This document shows, in pieces, positions 37,572-45,394 of a DNA stretch of 45,394 bases. The translations under genes were made by a program, and so were the position numbers. The notes under the pieces were generated by a model. That model was not told where the DNA came from. It did not search any database and saw only the letters and a list, made by a program, of their open reading frames with translations. This stretch comes from an uncultured Oscillospiraceae bacterium. GTDB taxonomy: Bacteria; Bacillota; Clostridia; Acetivibrionales; DTU013. The stretch is taken from NCBI GenBank assembly GCA_964596445.1, contig CAZQUQ010000002.1, positions 5,848-51,241 of the forward strand, in the 5' to 3' direction. The stretch's first letter is position 1; the number at the start of each line of letters is the position of its first letter.

Positions 37572-39884
37572 TCAGCTGCCTGTCTGCTCAAAGCAGTTTT
37601 TTACGGCCTGCAGCCAGGTATAAAGCTTCGATGATCCCAGATCCACCTTCCCGACACTTTCAGGCAGGCTGACGATCATGGCCATACGGTCCTTGTCATC
37701 AAGCTTTAAAAGTCCAAGCTCCTCAAATATCTCCAGCGCTTTTTTCTGTTTGAAAAAATTCATTGGGATGCTGTATTTCTCAGACAAAAGTGCGCTCAAT
37801 CCATACAGATCTCCAATGATAAACGAAGCCGTACCTTCAGCCGAAACCCTGCCCTGAACCTGCATACCGCGCATATCCTTGCTGCATGCATTCTTTCCGT
37901 ATGCCCTAATATATCGGTAGACAACTTCGAGTTCCGATCTGTCAGGCACCAATGCTGCCGGCTTCAGCCTGTACTGGCCCTTCAAACTGCTTATTTGCCG
38001 CATGACAATATTATTATAGTCATTAGAAATATTAAAAACAATATTTTTGTCGAGATTAGTAAAAACACAATGCCTTATATCTCTTATATTCAGTTGGAGT
38101 TTCTCGGTCCCATTCCATACATTTATATCAGGAGTAAAAACGATATCGACCGCATCTCCTGCCGTATACTTGTCAGCAAGCTCACCGAGGTTGAAGCCGA
38201 CAGCCTCGGCAGTAAAACCTCCGTCACACAGATTGAGCTTTAAGTGTTTGCCCTGACTCATGGTCCGGACATCGGTGATCTTCAGAGCCATATACCCAAA
38301 ATTCGGAGTTGGGTTGGACTCGCCATAGGGAGCCATTTTCGCCAGCTCTCTTACGCTCTCGAAGGTGATGTCGCCGCGGTCAAGAAAAACATCAACCCTG
38401 ATGCACGGCTTCATGTCATCATCGGTCAGGACTTTGTCGGCATACTCGTTTATCCTCCTTCTGAGCTCTTCAATATTGCTGCTGCTGATGGTCAGGCCTG
38501 CCGCCATTTCGTGGCCGCCGAACCTTTCCATGAGATCACCGCAGTCCGTAAGCGCTTTGAACAGATTGAAGCTCTTTATGCTTCTGGCCGAACCCTTTCC
38601 TGTTCCTTCTTCATCTACTGAAATAACTATGCTTGGCCTGTTGTAGCGCTCTGTTATTTTTGACGACACGATGCCGATCACGCCGTGGTGCCAGCCTGTT
38701 CCGGAGATAACCAGCACCTTTTCCCTGTTTGGATCCAGCTTCGATTCGACATACTCGAAAGCCTCTTCCAGTATCTTATCCTCGGTGGCCTGACGAAGCC
38801 TGTTTTCTTCATCCAGCTCTTTGGCAAGCGCTTCAGCCAATACCCTGTCGCCGGTCGTGAACAGCCTGACTCCCCTTTCAGCGCTGCCGAGACGCCCGGC
38901 CGCATTCACTCTCGGCGCAAGTCCGAATGCTGCGGCATATGACGAGATTTCCTTTCCGCCATACCCGGCTACTTTGATAAGCGCTTCCAGCCCTTTGTTT
39001 GACGTAGTCTCCATAGCTTTCAGCCCCAGGCTTGCAATGATCCTGTTCTCACCGACCAGCGGCACGATGTCGGCAATGGTGGACAGCGCCGCCAGATCGA
39101 TATATTTCATGAAATCCATGCTGCCAGCTCTCGGATCACTCATGTTCCCGGCGATTATGGCACCTGCAGCCGCCTCAGTACCGGTCCCGGTCCAGGTCTC
39201 GGTCTTGGACTCGGTCCCGGTATCGGTCCTGGACCCGGTCCGCATGCATACAGCATGTATCAGCTTGAACGCCACACCTGCTCCCGACAACTCCTTGAAC
39301 GGGTAGGAACACCCGGGCTTGTGCGGATTCATTACCGCTGCAGCTTCCGGCAGGATTTCCCTGCATTCATGATGATCCGTAACTATAACATCTATACCGG
39401 ACTCCATCAGAAAATGTACTTCATCGACAGATGTGATGCCGCAGTCCACTGTGATTATCAGGGACGGCTTCATCGCCCTCGCCTTCTCCGCGCCTGACAT
39501 CGTAAGGCCGTAACCGTCTTCCATTCTGTCAGGGATAAAGTACTTGACATCAGCGCCTCTTGAAGTCAGAAAATTATACAGTATCGATGTGCTCGTCACG
39601 CCATCGACATCATAATCACCGTAAATCAGTATACTTTCACCGCTGTCAACAGCCCGGATCACCCTGTCCGCCGCTTTGTCCATCCCGTCCATCAGGAACG
39701 GATCATGGAATCGTGCGGCGTCAGGCTCCAGAAAGTCCCTTACATATTCTATTCCATCCTGACCGCAAATGCCCCGGCTGACAAACACTCCAGCAAGAAG
39801 ACGCGATATGCCCGCCCCCTTCGACAGCCTGTCCACTTCCTCCTCGTCGATATCCTTATAGACCCACAGCTTCTCACTTATCAT
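37572..39884 (-). CDS. recJ: Single-stranded-DNA-specific exonuclease RecJ
   Basis: DHH motifs (IYGDYDVDGVTS, ITVDCG, VTDHH), a DHHA1 domain (GGHEMAAG) and a C-terminal OB-like extension. Confidence 0.92.
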   Translation of the reverse strand: MISEKLWVYKDIDEEEVDRLSKGAGISRLLAGVFVSRGICGQDGIEYVRDFLEPDAARFHDPFLMDGMDKAADRVIRAVDSGESILIYGDYDVDGVTSTSILYNFLTSRGADVKYFIPDRMEDGYGLTMSGAEKARAMKPSLIITVDCGITSVDEVHFLMESGIDVIVTDHHECREILPEAAAVMNPHKPGCSYPFKELSGAGVAFKLIHAVCMRTGSRTDTGTESKTETWTGTGTEAAAGAIIAGNMSDPRAGSMDFMKYIDLAALSTIADIVPLVGENRIIASLGLKAMETTSNKGLEALIKVAGYGGKEISSYAAAFGLAPRVNAAGRLGSAERGVRLFTTGDRVLAEALAKELDEENRLRQATEDKILEEAFEYVESKLDPNREKVLVISGTGWHHGVIGIVSSKITERYNRPSIVISVDEEGTGKGSARSIKSFNLFKALTDCGDLMERFGGHEMAAGLTISSSNIEELRRRINEYADKVLTDDDMKPCIRVDVFLDRGDITFESVRELAKMAPYGESNPTPNFGYMALKITDVRTMSQGKHLKLNLCDGGFTAEAVGFNLGELADKYTAGDAVDIVFTPDINVWNGTEKLQLNIRDIRHCVFTNLDKNIVFNISNDYNNIVMRQISSLKGQYRLKPAALVPDRSELEVVYRYIRAYGKNACSKDMRGMQVQGRVSAEGTASFIIGDLYGLSALLSEKYSIPMNFFKQKKALEIFEELGLLKLDDKDRMAMIVSLPESVGKVDLGSSKLYTWLQAVKNCFEQTGS

Positions 39885-39926
39885 AACGACCTCACTTAAA
39901 ACCGGATTTATTAATGCTGCTTCACC

Positions 39927-39986
39927 GCGCTAAAGTGAAAAAGCGAGAACCGTCCCCAAATTAGGACCGTTCCCAGAACCGTCCCC
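39927..39986. repeat. Two to three tandem copies of the GAGAACCGTCCCC motif (extended unit gcgctaaagtgaaaaagcGAGAACCGTCCCCaaa)
   Basis: gagaaccgtcccc (39945-39957), a degenerate ggaccgttccc (39964-39974) and cagaaccgtcccc (39974-39986), located between the yqeY stop and the recJ start. Confidence 0.8.
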
Positions 39987-40014
39987 AAATATGTGCCCGC
40001 TTGGCACACATATG

Positions 40015-40038
40015 AAAAAAGCCCGATATGCATCGAGC
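40015..40038 (-). terminator. Rho-independent terminator after the rpsU-yqeY pair
   Basis: On the minus strand, GCTCGAT-gcat-ATCGGGC forms a 7-bp stem, including one G-U pair that exists only on this strand, followed by TTTTTT. Confidence 0.65.
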
Positions 40039-40054
40039 TTTCTCCGTATTTGAT

Positions 40055-40498
40055 TTAACCTAGAATCTTTTTTACGATCATATTGATCATCTTGCCATCC
40101 GCTCTGCCTTTCACCTTCGGCATGACCGCCTGCATTACCTTGCCCATGTCTCTCGGCGAAGATGCTCCGGTCTCTTCCACCGCCTGGCGGACTATGACCT
40201 CGAGTTCCTCTTCTGTGAGCTGCTCCGGCAGGTACTTTAGCAGAACGTCTATTTCGGCCTTCAAACCATCGACCAGATCCTGTCTGCCACTTTTCTCGTA
40301 CTCCGGCAGAACATCCCTTCTCTTTTTTACTTCTTTTGCAATGACATCTATTACACCATCATCATCAAGAGTTATCCTATTATCCTTTTCTACCTGAAGA
40401 ACTGCCGCCCTGGCCATCTGGACCGTATTCTTCCTGATGGTATCCTTATCCTTCATGGCATTCTTCATATCTTCAAGCAACTGCTCCTTAAGGGACAT
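40055..40498 (-). CDS. GatB/YqeY domain-containing protein
   Basis: MSLKEQLLEDMKNAMKDKD...R.....A....E is typical of YqeY. The preferred start is the ATG at 40498 after GGGAGG; the ORF track extends to 40519. It follows rpsU, as in many Firmicutes. Confidence 0.85.
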   Translation of the reverse strand: MSLKEQLLEDMKNAMKDKDTIRKNTVQMARAAVLQVEKDNRITLDDDGVIDVIAKEVKKRRDVLPEYEKSGRQDLVDGLKAEIDVLLKYLPEQLTEEELEVIVRQAVEETGASSPRDMGKVMQAVMPKVKGRADGKMINMIVKKILG

Positions 40499-40546
40499 CA
40501 GCCAGCCTCCCTGTGACAAAATAAGCCAAAGCCTGTCAGCGCAGAC

Positions 40547-40723
40547 TTATTTGAACTTTCTTTTCCTAGCCGCTTCAGACTTTTTCTTCCTTTTTACGCT
40601 CGGCTTCTCATAATGCTCTCTTTTTCTAACTTCAGCCAGAACGCCTGCTTTGGCACACTGACGCTTAAATCTCTTAAGTGCACTGTCGAGAGATTCGTTC
40701 TCTTTTACCCGAACTTCAGACAT
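40547..40723 (-). CDS. rpsU: 30S ribosomal protein S21
   Basis: [67 protein letters not shown] precedes the ATG at 40723; the ORF-track N-terminal extension to 40801 is spurious. Confidence 0.95.
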   Translation of the reverse strand: MSEVRVKENESLDSALKRFKRQCAKAGVLAEVRKREHYEKPSVKRKKKSEAARKRKFK

Positions 40724-40995
40724 GTATATCCCTCCCTCCGATGGTAGCAATTGTGCCGTGTATAAACTGTGTATATTGCTGCATTTTCCTGTGGGAACCA
40801 AGCTATGTGTAGCACACAGTATATTATATATTATACTTCAAAATAAAGTCAATAGAGTCAAAACACAAATCAGACGACCGTCGCAGGCTCTGGTATCATG
40901 ACTCATGCCGGCCTGGCCCACACAGATTTCTGTTGCATAATTAATTATTGCCTATATTTTACAAAAATATTGACATTTTCACAATCACTGCGGTA

Positions 40996-41028
40996 CGCTA
41001 AAGCAAAGGAGTGAGAACCGTCCCCATT
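40996..41028 (+). repeat. Single copy of the extended GAGAACCGTCCCC unit
   Basis: acgctaaagcaaaggagtGAGAACCGTCCCCatt; the core is at 41013-41025, 21 nt upstream of the nitroreductase ATG. Confidence 0.8.
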
Positions 41029-41046
41029 TGGGTCCAAGGGAGGAAT

Positions 41047-41775
41047 ATGGATATGACGTTGATGGAAGCAATAGATAAGAGGATATCAAGGCGCAGCTAT
41101 ATAAATGAGCCGATACCTGAAAGCAGTGTACAGATACTGCAGAATACAATAAATCAGTACAATGAACTCAGCGGCTTATCGATACAGCTTGTTGAAGACG
41201 GCAGAGAGGCATTCAACGGATTCACCAGAAGCTATGGCATGCTGAGCGGGGTCAGGAGCTTCTTTGCGCTTGTCGGCAAGCAGGATGATCCGGAATTGCT
41301 CGAAAAAGCCGGCTACTATGGCGAGTAGCTGCTACTTGATGCAACAAGGCTGGAACTGGGCACTTGCTGGGTTGGCGCTTCCTTCAGCAAAAAGCACTGC
41401 AAATGCAGGATAGAAGATGACGAAAGACTTGTCTGCGTCATCACCGTAGGATTAACAGAGCAAAATAAAAGCATGCGGGAAAAAGTAATATATAAATTCA
41501 CACACCGCTCAAGCAAATCTCCCGAACAGCTGTATAAAGCCGACGGGCCTGTTCCGGACTGGTTCACAGCCGGTATCGAAGCAGTACGGAAAGCTCCCTC
41601 GGCAATGAATCTGCAGCCTGTGATGTTCACTTATCAAAACGGCATCGTCACAGCCGCAGCAGTAGGAAAAAGCCCTTACCGCATGATCGATCTTGGTATA
41701 GCCAAAGCCCACTTTGAAATAGCTGCAAACGGGCGATTTAGCTTCGGAAACGATGGTGAATTTGCAAAAGTATAG
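41047..41775 (+). pseudogene. Nitroreductase-family (FMN-dependent) gene interrupted by one in-frame TAG at 41326-41328
   Basis: ORFs 41011..41328 and 41473..41775 are in the same frame (offset 462 nt). I read every codon from 41329 to 41472 and none is a stop. The joined product reads ...KAGYYGE*LLLDATRLELGTCWVGASF..., continuous with nitroreductase-fold conservation (an N-terminal RISRRSY motif and a central GLGTCW-type motif). The start ATG at 41047 follows GGGAGG. Confidence 0.75.
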
Positions 41776-41892
41776 ATTACGGAATAAGCTAATCAGCATG
41801 GCCGAAGTATGCTAATATATTAATACAGGCAGAAGATAAGGAGTGTCTTAAGTGAGTAATGCGAAAAAGCAGAACTAATTGACCGCTTTGCG

Positions 41893-42024
41893 CAAATTTG
41901 CAGGTAATGGCAGAAAAACATATATTAGCGGATGACATAATGTTTCATATGGCTACTTATGTAACATATTATAGAAAACAAGCTATAAAATGCTTAAGAA
42001 ATCAACCCATTACTTGCAAATTTG
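41893..42024. repeat. 18-bp inverted repeat pair (1 mismatch) flanking a 96-bp AT-rich segment
   Basis: caaatttgcaggtaatgg (41893-41910) versus ccattacttgcaaatttg (42007-42024). Each arm contains the palindromic core GCAAATTTG(C). Confidence 0.6.
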
Positions 42025-42069
42025 AGCAGTACAGCGCAGTTTTGAACCAGCTTCTGTCCTTTTTACGAA

Positions 42070-43083
42070 TCAATCTCCGTACCCGTCAGGGTTCTGGGAC
42101 TGCCAGTTCCAGGAATCCCTGCACATATCAATGATGTTCCTTTGAGCGGCCCATCCGAGTTCTTTTGCCGCCTTTGACGGGTCGGCATAACTGACCGGTG
42201 CATCTCCTGGCCTTCTGGCTGTTATCCTGTATGGTATCCTGATCCCGGTAGCTTCGCTGAATGCAGCTATCACTTCCATTACGCTCGATCCCTTGCCCGT
42301 GCCAAGATTGTAAGCCACAATACCAGGCTTCGATGCCAGCTTCTCAAGCGCCTTCAGATGCCCGTCGGCCAGATCCATCACATGTATATAATCCCTGATG
42401 CATGTCCCGTCCGGCGTCGGATAATCATTCCCGAAAACACCAAGTTCTTTCAGCTTGCCGACAGCAACCTGTGAGATGAACGGCATCAGGTTATTGGGAA
42501 TGCCGTTGGGGTCCTCTCCTATCCGTCCGCTCGGATGTGCGCCTACAGGGTTGAAATAACGGAGCAGGATAATATTCCACTTATTATCGGAAGCATAAAG
42601 ATCGCGGAGTATCTCCTCGATCATGTACTTCGTGCGGCCATAGGGATTGACACAGCCCAGCGGCGCATCCTCGGAAATAGGCATCTTGTCAGTCGTGCCG
42701 TAAACCGTCGCAGACGAGCTGAACACGATATTCCTGACATTATGTCTCTGCATAGCTTCAAACAGCACTATAGAACCGCCTACATTGTTGTGATAATAGC
42801 GCAGCGGGATGCTTACCGATTCGCCCACAGCCTTCAATCCGGCAAAATGTATGACAGAATCTATATCATATTTTGTAAAAATATCATCAAGCAGTTCACT
42901 GTCCAGCATATCGCCCTTGATAAATGTGAAATCCCTGCCGGCCAGCTCACCGATCCTCCTGACAGCTTCCATCTTGCTGTTCGATAAATTATCAAGTACA
43001 ACGATGTCATAGCCCGCCTCAAGCAGCTGAACGCATGTATGACTCCCTATATATCCGGCGCCGCCGGTAACCAATACAGCCAT
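42070..43083 (-). CDS. galE: UDP-glucose 4-epimerase
   Basis: MAVLVTGGAGYIGSH..., SSSATVYG and the YxxxK motif (YGRTKYMIE). The preferred start is the ATG at 43083 after AAAGGAAG; the ORF track extends to 43101. Confidence 0.92.
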   Translation of the reverse strand: MAVLVTGGAGYIGSHTCVQLLEAGYDIVVLDNLSNSKMEAVRRIGELAGRDFTFIKGDMLDSELLDDIFTKYDIDSVIHFAGLKAVGESVSIPLRYYHNNVGGSIVLFEAMQRHNVRNIVFSSSATVYGTTDKMPISEDAPLGCVNPYGRTKYMIEEILRDLYASDNKWNIILLRYFNPVGAHPSGRIGEDPNGIPNNLMPFISQVAVGKLKELGVFGNDYPTPDGTCIRDYIHVMDLADGHLKALEKLASKPGIVAYNLGTGKGSSVMEVIAAFSEATGIRIPYRITARRPGDAPVSYADPSKAAKELGWAAQRNIIDMCRDSWNWQSQNPDGYGD

Positions 43084-43113
43084 CTCATTACTTCCTTTCA
43101 TTTATGCACGCGC

Positions 43114-43147
43114 AATGCATATCATGGATACAGCAATGATATGCATT
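43114..43147. repeat. Perfect 12-bp inverted repeat with a 10-nt spacer, between the HIT gene and galE
   Basis: AATGCATATCAT (43114-43125), ggatacagca, ATGATATGCATT (43136-43147). No U-run follows on either strand. Confidence 0.75.
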
Positions 43148-43170
43148 ACATCACTAAATTTGCGCTGTCA

Positions 43171-43515
43171 CTATATTATTTTTGCACCAAGCTTTACACC
43201 TGCGATCAGATGGTAATGGAGATGGAATACTGTCTGCCCTGCATCAGCACCGCAGTTGTTGATCAGTCTGTAACCCTTGTCCGCAACGCCGAGCTTCTTT
43301 GCGATTTTTCCGGCAGCCAGATGGATATCGCCCAGAACCGCTGCGTTTTCCTCTGTCAGTTCGTTCACGTTCGCGATATGGACCTTCGGAATGATAATCA
43401 CATGGACAGGCGCGACAGGATTGATATCGTTGAACGCCATCACCTTGTCGTCTTCGTATACAACGGTCGAAGGTATCTTCCTCTCGATTATTTTACAGAA
43501 AATGCAATCATCCAT
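43171..43515 (-). CDS. HIT-family (histidine triad) nucleotide hydrolase
   Basis: CIFCKII...VAPVHVIIIPK...HLHYHLIAG carries the HxHxHxx triad. The preferred start is the ATG at 43515; the ORF track extends to 43533. Confidence 0.9.
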   Translation of the reverse strand: MDDCIFCKIIERKIPSTVVYEDDKVMAFNDINPVAPVHVIIIPKVHIANVNELTEENAAVLGDIHLAAGKIAKKLGVADKGYRLINNCGADAGQTVFHLHYHLIAGVKLGAKII

Positions 43516-43557
43516 TATAAGACCTTCTTTCATTATATTACTTTATGGTAAAAACGT

Positions 43558-43585
43558 GAGAACCGTCCCCTATTGGATCGTCCCC
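43558..43585. repeat. One full and one degenerate copy of the GAGAACCGTCCCC motif abutting the alaS stop codon
   Basis: gagaaccgtcccc (43558-43570) and ggatcgtcccc (43575-43585). The alaS stop (TAG on the minus strand) is at 43586-43588. Confidence 0.8.
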
Positions 43586-45394
43586 CTATTTGATCTGTGT
43601 CTTGATGGCCTCCAGTGCTGACTGTAATGCATCGTCCAGCTTCGATGCATCCTTCCCTCCGGCCTGCGCCATGTCGGGCCTGCCGCCTCCGCCGCCGCCT
43701 GCTGCCTTGGCTGCTTCCCTCACGATGTTGCCGCAGTGCGCGCCGCGCTCAACAGCATCCTTTGATGCCATCGCAACAAAGCTTACCTTGCCGCCAAAGG
43801 CTGAACCCAACACCACAACGCCGGTGCCGATCCTGCTCCTCAAATTCTCGCAGGAATTGCGCAATGCATCCATATCAAGCTGATCGAACCTGGCGGTAAC
43901 AGCCTTGACACCATTGATATCGGCAGCCTTTCCAAGCACCTCATCAAACGAACTGCTTACCAGCTTTTCTTTCAGCTGCTCAATCTCCTTTTGAGCAGCC
44001 TTTAGCTCGGCACTCATCGTCTCGACTCTCCTCAGGCTGTCCTGAGGCGTAGATTTCAATGCCGCTGCTATGCTGTTGAGCTGTTCTTCCTTCTCATTGA
44101 AATACTCAAGCGCCTTGCTGCCAGTCAATGCTTCTATCCTCCTGACGCCTGCCGCAACACCGCTTTCTCCCAATATCTTTATCAAACCCGCCTGTGCCGT
44201 TGATTCAAGGTGTGTTCCTCCGCACAGCTCGATGCTGTAGTTGCCGGTTTTCACAACTCGAACGATATTACCGTATTTTTCGCCGAAAAGCGCCATGGCA
44301 CCAAGGCTCTTAGCCTCATCCACAGGCATTTCCCTGACTTCTACTTCCATGTCCTCAAGTATTTTAGCATTGACCTCTTTTTCGACTTTAAGAAGCTCTT
44401 CCTTGCTCAATGCGGAGAAGTGATGGAAGTCGAATCTCAGCCTGTCCGGCTCCACCAGTGAACCCGCCTGTGTGACATGATCCCCCAGCACATTCCTCAA
44501 CGCCTTCTGAAGCAGATGAGTAGCAGTATGGTTCCTGGCCGTCGCCAACCTTCTTTCGATATCAATTGATGCAGTCACAACCGAACCCTTCTCGATGATC
44601 CCCTGCTCAACGATGCCGCTGTGGAAGTACAAACCTTCGGCAGTCCTGCTGCAGCCGCTTACAGCGACCACACCGTCTTTGGCCGTGATCGTACCGGTAT
44701 CAGCCACCTGACCGCCGCTTTCAGCGTAAAATGGAGTCCTGTCAAGGATAATCGTCACTTCATCGCCCTGCTGGGCATTCTCGGCCTGCTGCCCGTCGGA
44801 GATTATATATAATATCCTGCTTTCACATGAATAACTTTCATAACCAACAAACTCAGTCCTAAGGTCTTTGTCGATCCCGGCTGCAAGGTCCTGGCCCCAT
44901 GCCGAGGTTTCCTTGCTTTTCAGAGCCTCCCTGGCCTTTTTCTTCTGCTCCTCCATTTCGGCCTTAAAGCCTGCCTCATCGACTGTCAGTCCGGCCTCTC
45001 CTGCTATCTCCCTGGTCAGATCCAGCGGGAATCCATATGTGTCATGCAGCTTGAATGCCATGTTTCCCGGCAGGACGCTGCTGCCCTTTGACTTCAGCTC
45101 AGAAATGAATTCGTTAAGAATGGCAAGGCCTTGATCTATGGTTGCAGCAAAACGCTCCTCCTCTATCCTTATGACCTTGCAGATATACTCTTCCTTCTCG
45201 ATCAGCTCGGGATAAGCTTCTCCGGACTCCCGTACGACAACCCTTGCCACATCATGAAGGAACGGCCCGTCGATCCCCAGCAGCCTTCCATGTCTTGCAG
45301 CTCTTCTCAGCAGCCTTCTGAGCACATAGCCGCGTCCTTCGTTGGAAGGCAGTATGCCATCGGAAACCATCATAGTCGTGCTTCTGATATGATC
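43586..45394 (-). CDS. alaS: Alanine--tRNA ligase, C-terminal ~600 aa (5' end beyond the right edge)
   Basis: ...SNEGRGYVLRRLLRRA..., an editing domain with HTATHLL and CGGTH, and a C-terminal DHHA1-like region. The reading frame stays open to position 45394, upstream of the ORF-track Met. Confidence 0.95.
   Translation of the reverse strand, partial: DHIRSTTMMVSDGILPSNEGRGYVLRRLLRRAARHGRLLGIDGPFLHDVARVVVRESGEAYPELIEKEEYICKVIRIEEERFAATIDQGLAILNEFISELKSKGSSVLPGNMAFKLHDTYGFPLDLTREIAGEAGLTVDEAGFKAEMEEQKKKAREALKSKETSAWGQDLAAGIDKDLRTEFVGYESYSCESRILYIISDGQQAENAQQGDEVTIILDRTPFYAESGGQVADTGTITAKDGVVAVSGCSRTAEGLYFHSGIVEQGIIEKGSVVTASIDIERRLATARNHTATHLLQKALRNVLGDHVTQAGSLVEPDRLRFDFHHFSALSKEELLKVEKEVNAKILEDMEVEVREMPVDEAKSLGAMALFGEKYGNIVRVVKTGNYSIELCGGTHLESTAQAGLIKILGESGVAAGVRRIEALTGSKALEYFNEKEEQLNSIAAALKSTPQDSLRRVETMSAELKAAQKEIEQLKEKLVSSSFDEVLGKAADINGVKAVTARFDQLDMDALRNSCENLRSRIGTGVVVLGSAFGGKVSFVAMASKDAVERGAHCGNIVREAAKAAGGGGGGRPDMAQAGGKDASKLDDALQSALEAIKTQIK

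Noticed and set aside
40724-40801. N-terminal extensions given in the ORF track for rpsU, and similarly for coaBC, yicC, hrcA, hemW, yqeY, galE, the HIT gene, relA, dnaJ and the MFS gene.
   Set aside because: In each case an internal start codon is preceded by a strong Shine-Dalgarno sequence and gives the conserved family N-terminus. The extensions are artefacts of the longest-ORF rule.
41326-41328. Genome-wide TAG reassignment or pyrrolysine decoding as the explanation for the in-frame TAG.
   Set aside because: TAG terminates several well-defined genes in this window (lepA at 18417, rsmE at 10102, alaS at 43586, the NusG-II gene at 1048) at positions matching the normal protein ends. No pyl genes are in the window. 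Site-specific recoding remains only a remote possibility.
41898-42134. A 78-aa plus-strand ORF in the galE-downstream gap.
   Set aside because: It has no convincing RBS, its 3' end overlaps galE by about 65 nt in antisense, and its composition is unremarkable. It is more likely non-coding.

Overview
This 45.4 kb window is core chromosome from a Gram-positive, spore-forming Firmicute, probably Clostridia-like. Supporting evidence is spoIIP, HrcA with a perfect CIRCE operator, and Bacillus-type synteny (lepA-hemW-hrcA-grpE-dnaK-dnaJ-prmA-rsmE; recJ-apt-relA...hisS-aspS; yicC-remA-rpoZ-coaBC). I call 39 protein-coding loci. All but three are on the minus strand and they are tightly packed. I saw no rRNA, tRNA, CRISPR array, transposase, integrase or recognisable defence genes, so most of the window is ordinary housekeeping. 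These parts deserve a second look. (1) The left 5.5 kb is an operon of the flavin-based extracellular electron transfer (EET) / demethylmenaquinone type: NDH-2 with an extra C-terminal membrane domain, polyprenyl synthase, UbiA prenyltransferase, NusG-II protein, Gx membrane protein and an FMN-type lipoprotein. (2) A 1430-aa fusion of two BcrAD/BadFG-type activase ATPase domains to a benzoyl-CoA reductase/2-hydroxyacyl-CoA dehydratase-like module. Its architecture resembles PlsR+PlsA (anaerobic plasmalogen synthase) and the double-cubane cluster proteins. (3) A dispersed intergenic motif, GAGAACCGTCCCC, with at least 10 copies in 5 intergenic regions, often tandem and often directly after stop codons. 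I cannot assign it to any known element class. (4) An in-frame 18-bp x7 tandem repeat encoding Cys-containing hexapeptides inside the radical-SAM protein HemW. (5) A nitroreductase gene interrupted by one in-frame TAG. (6) Several intergenic tandem or inverted repeats, and unusual promoter/leader architecture at hisS and ndh2. I found no convincing new multi-gene system beyond these. All functional calls come from reading the translated ORFs and motifs by eye; no database search was run.
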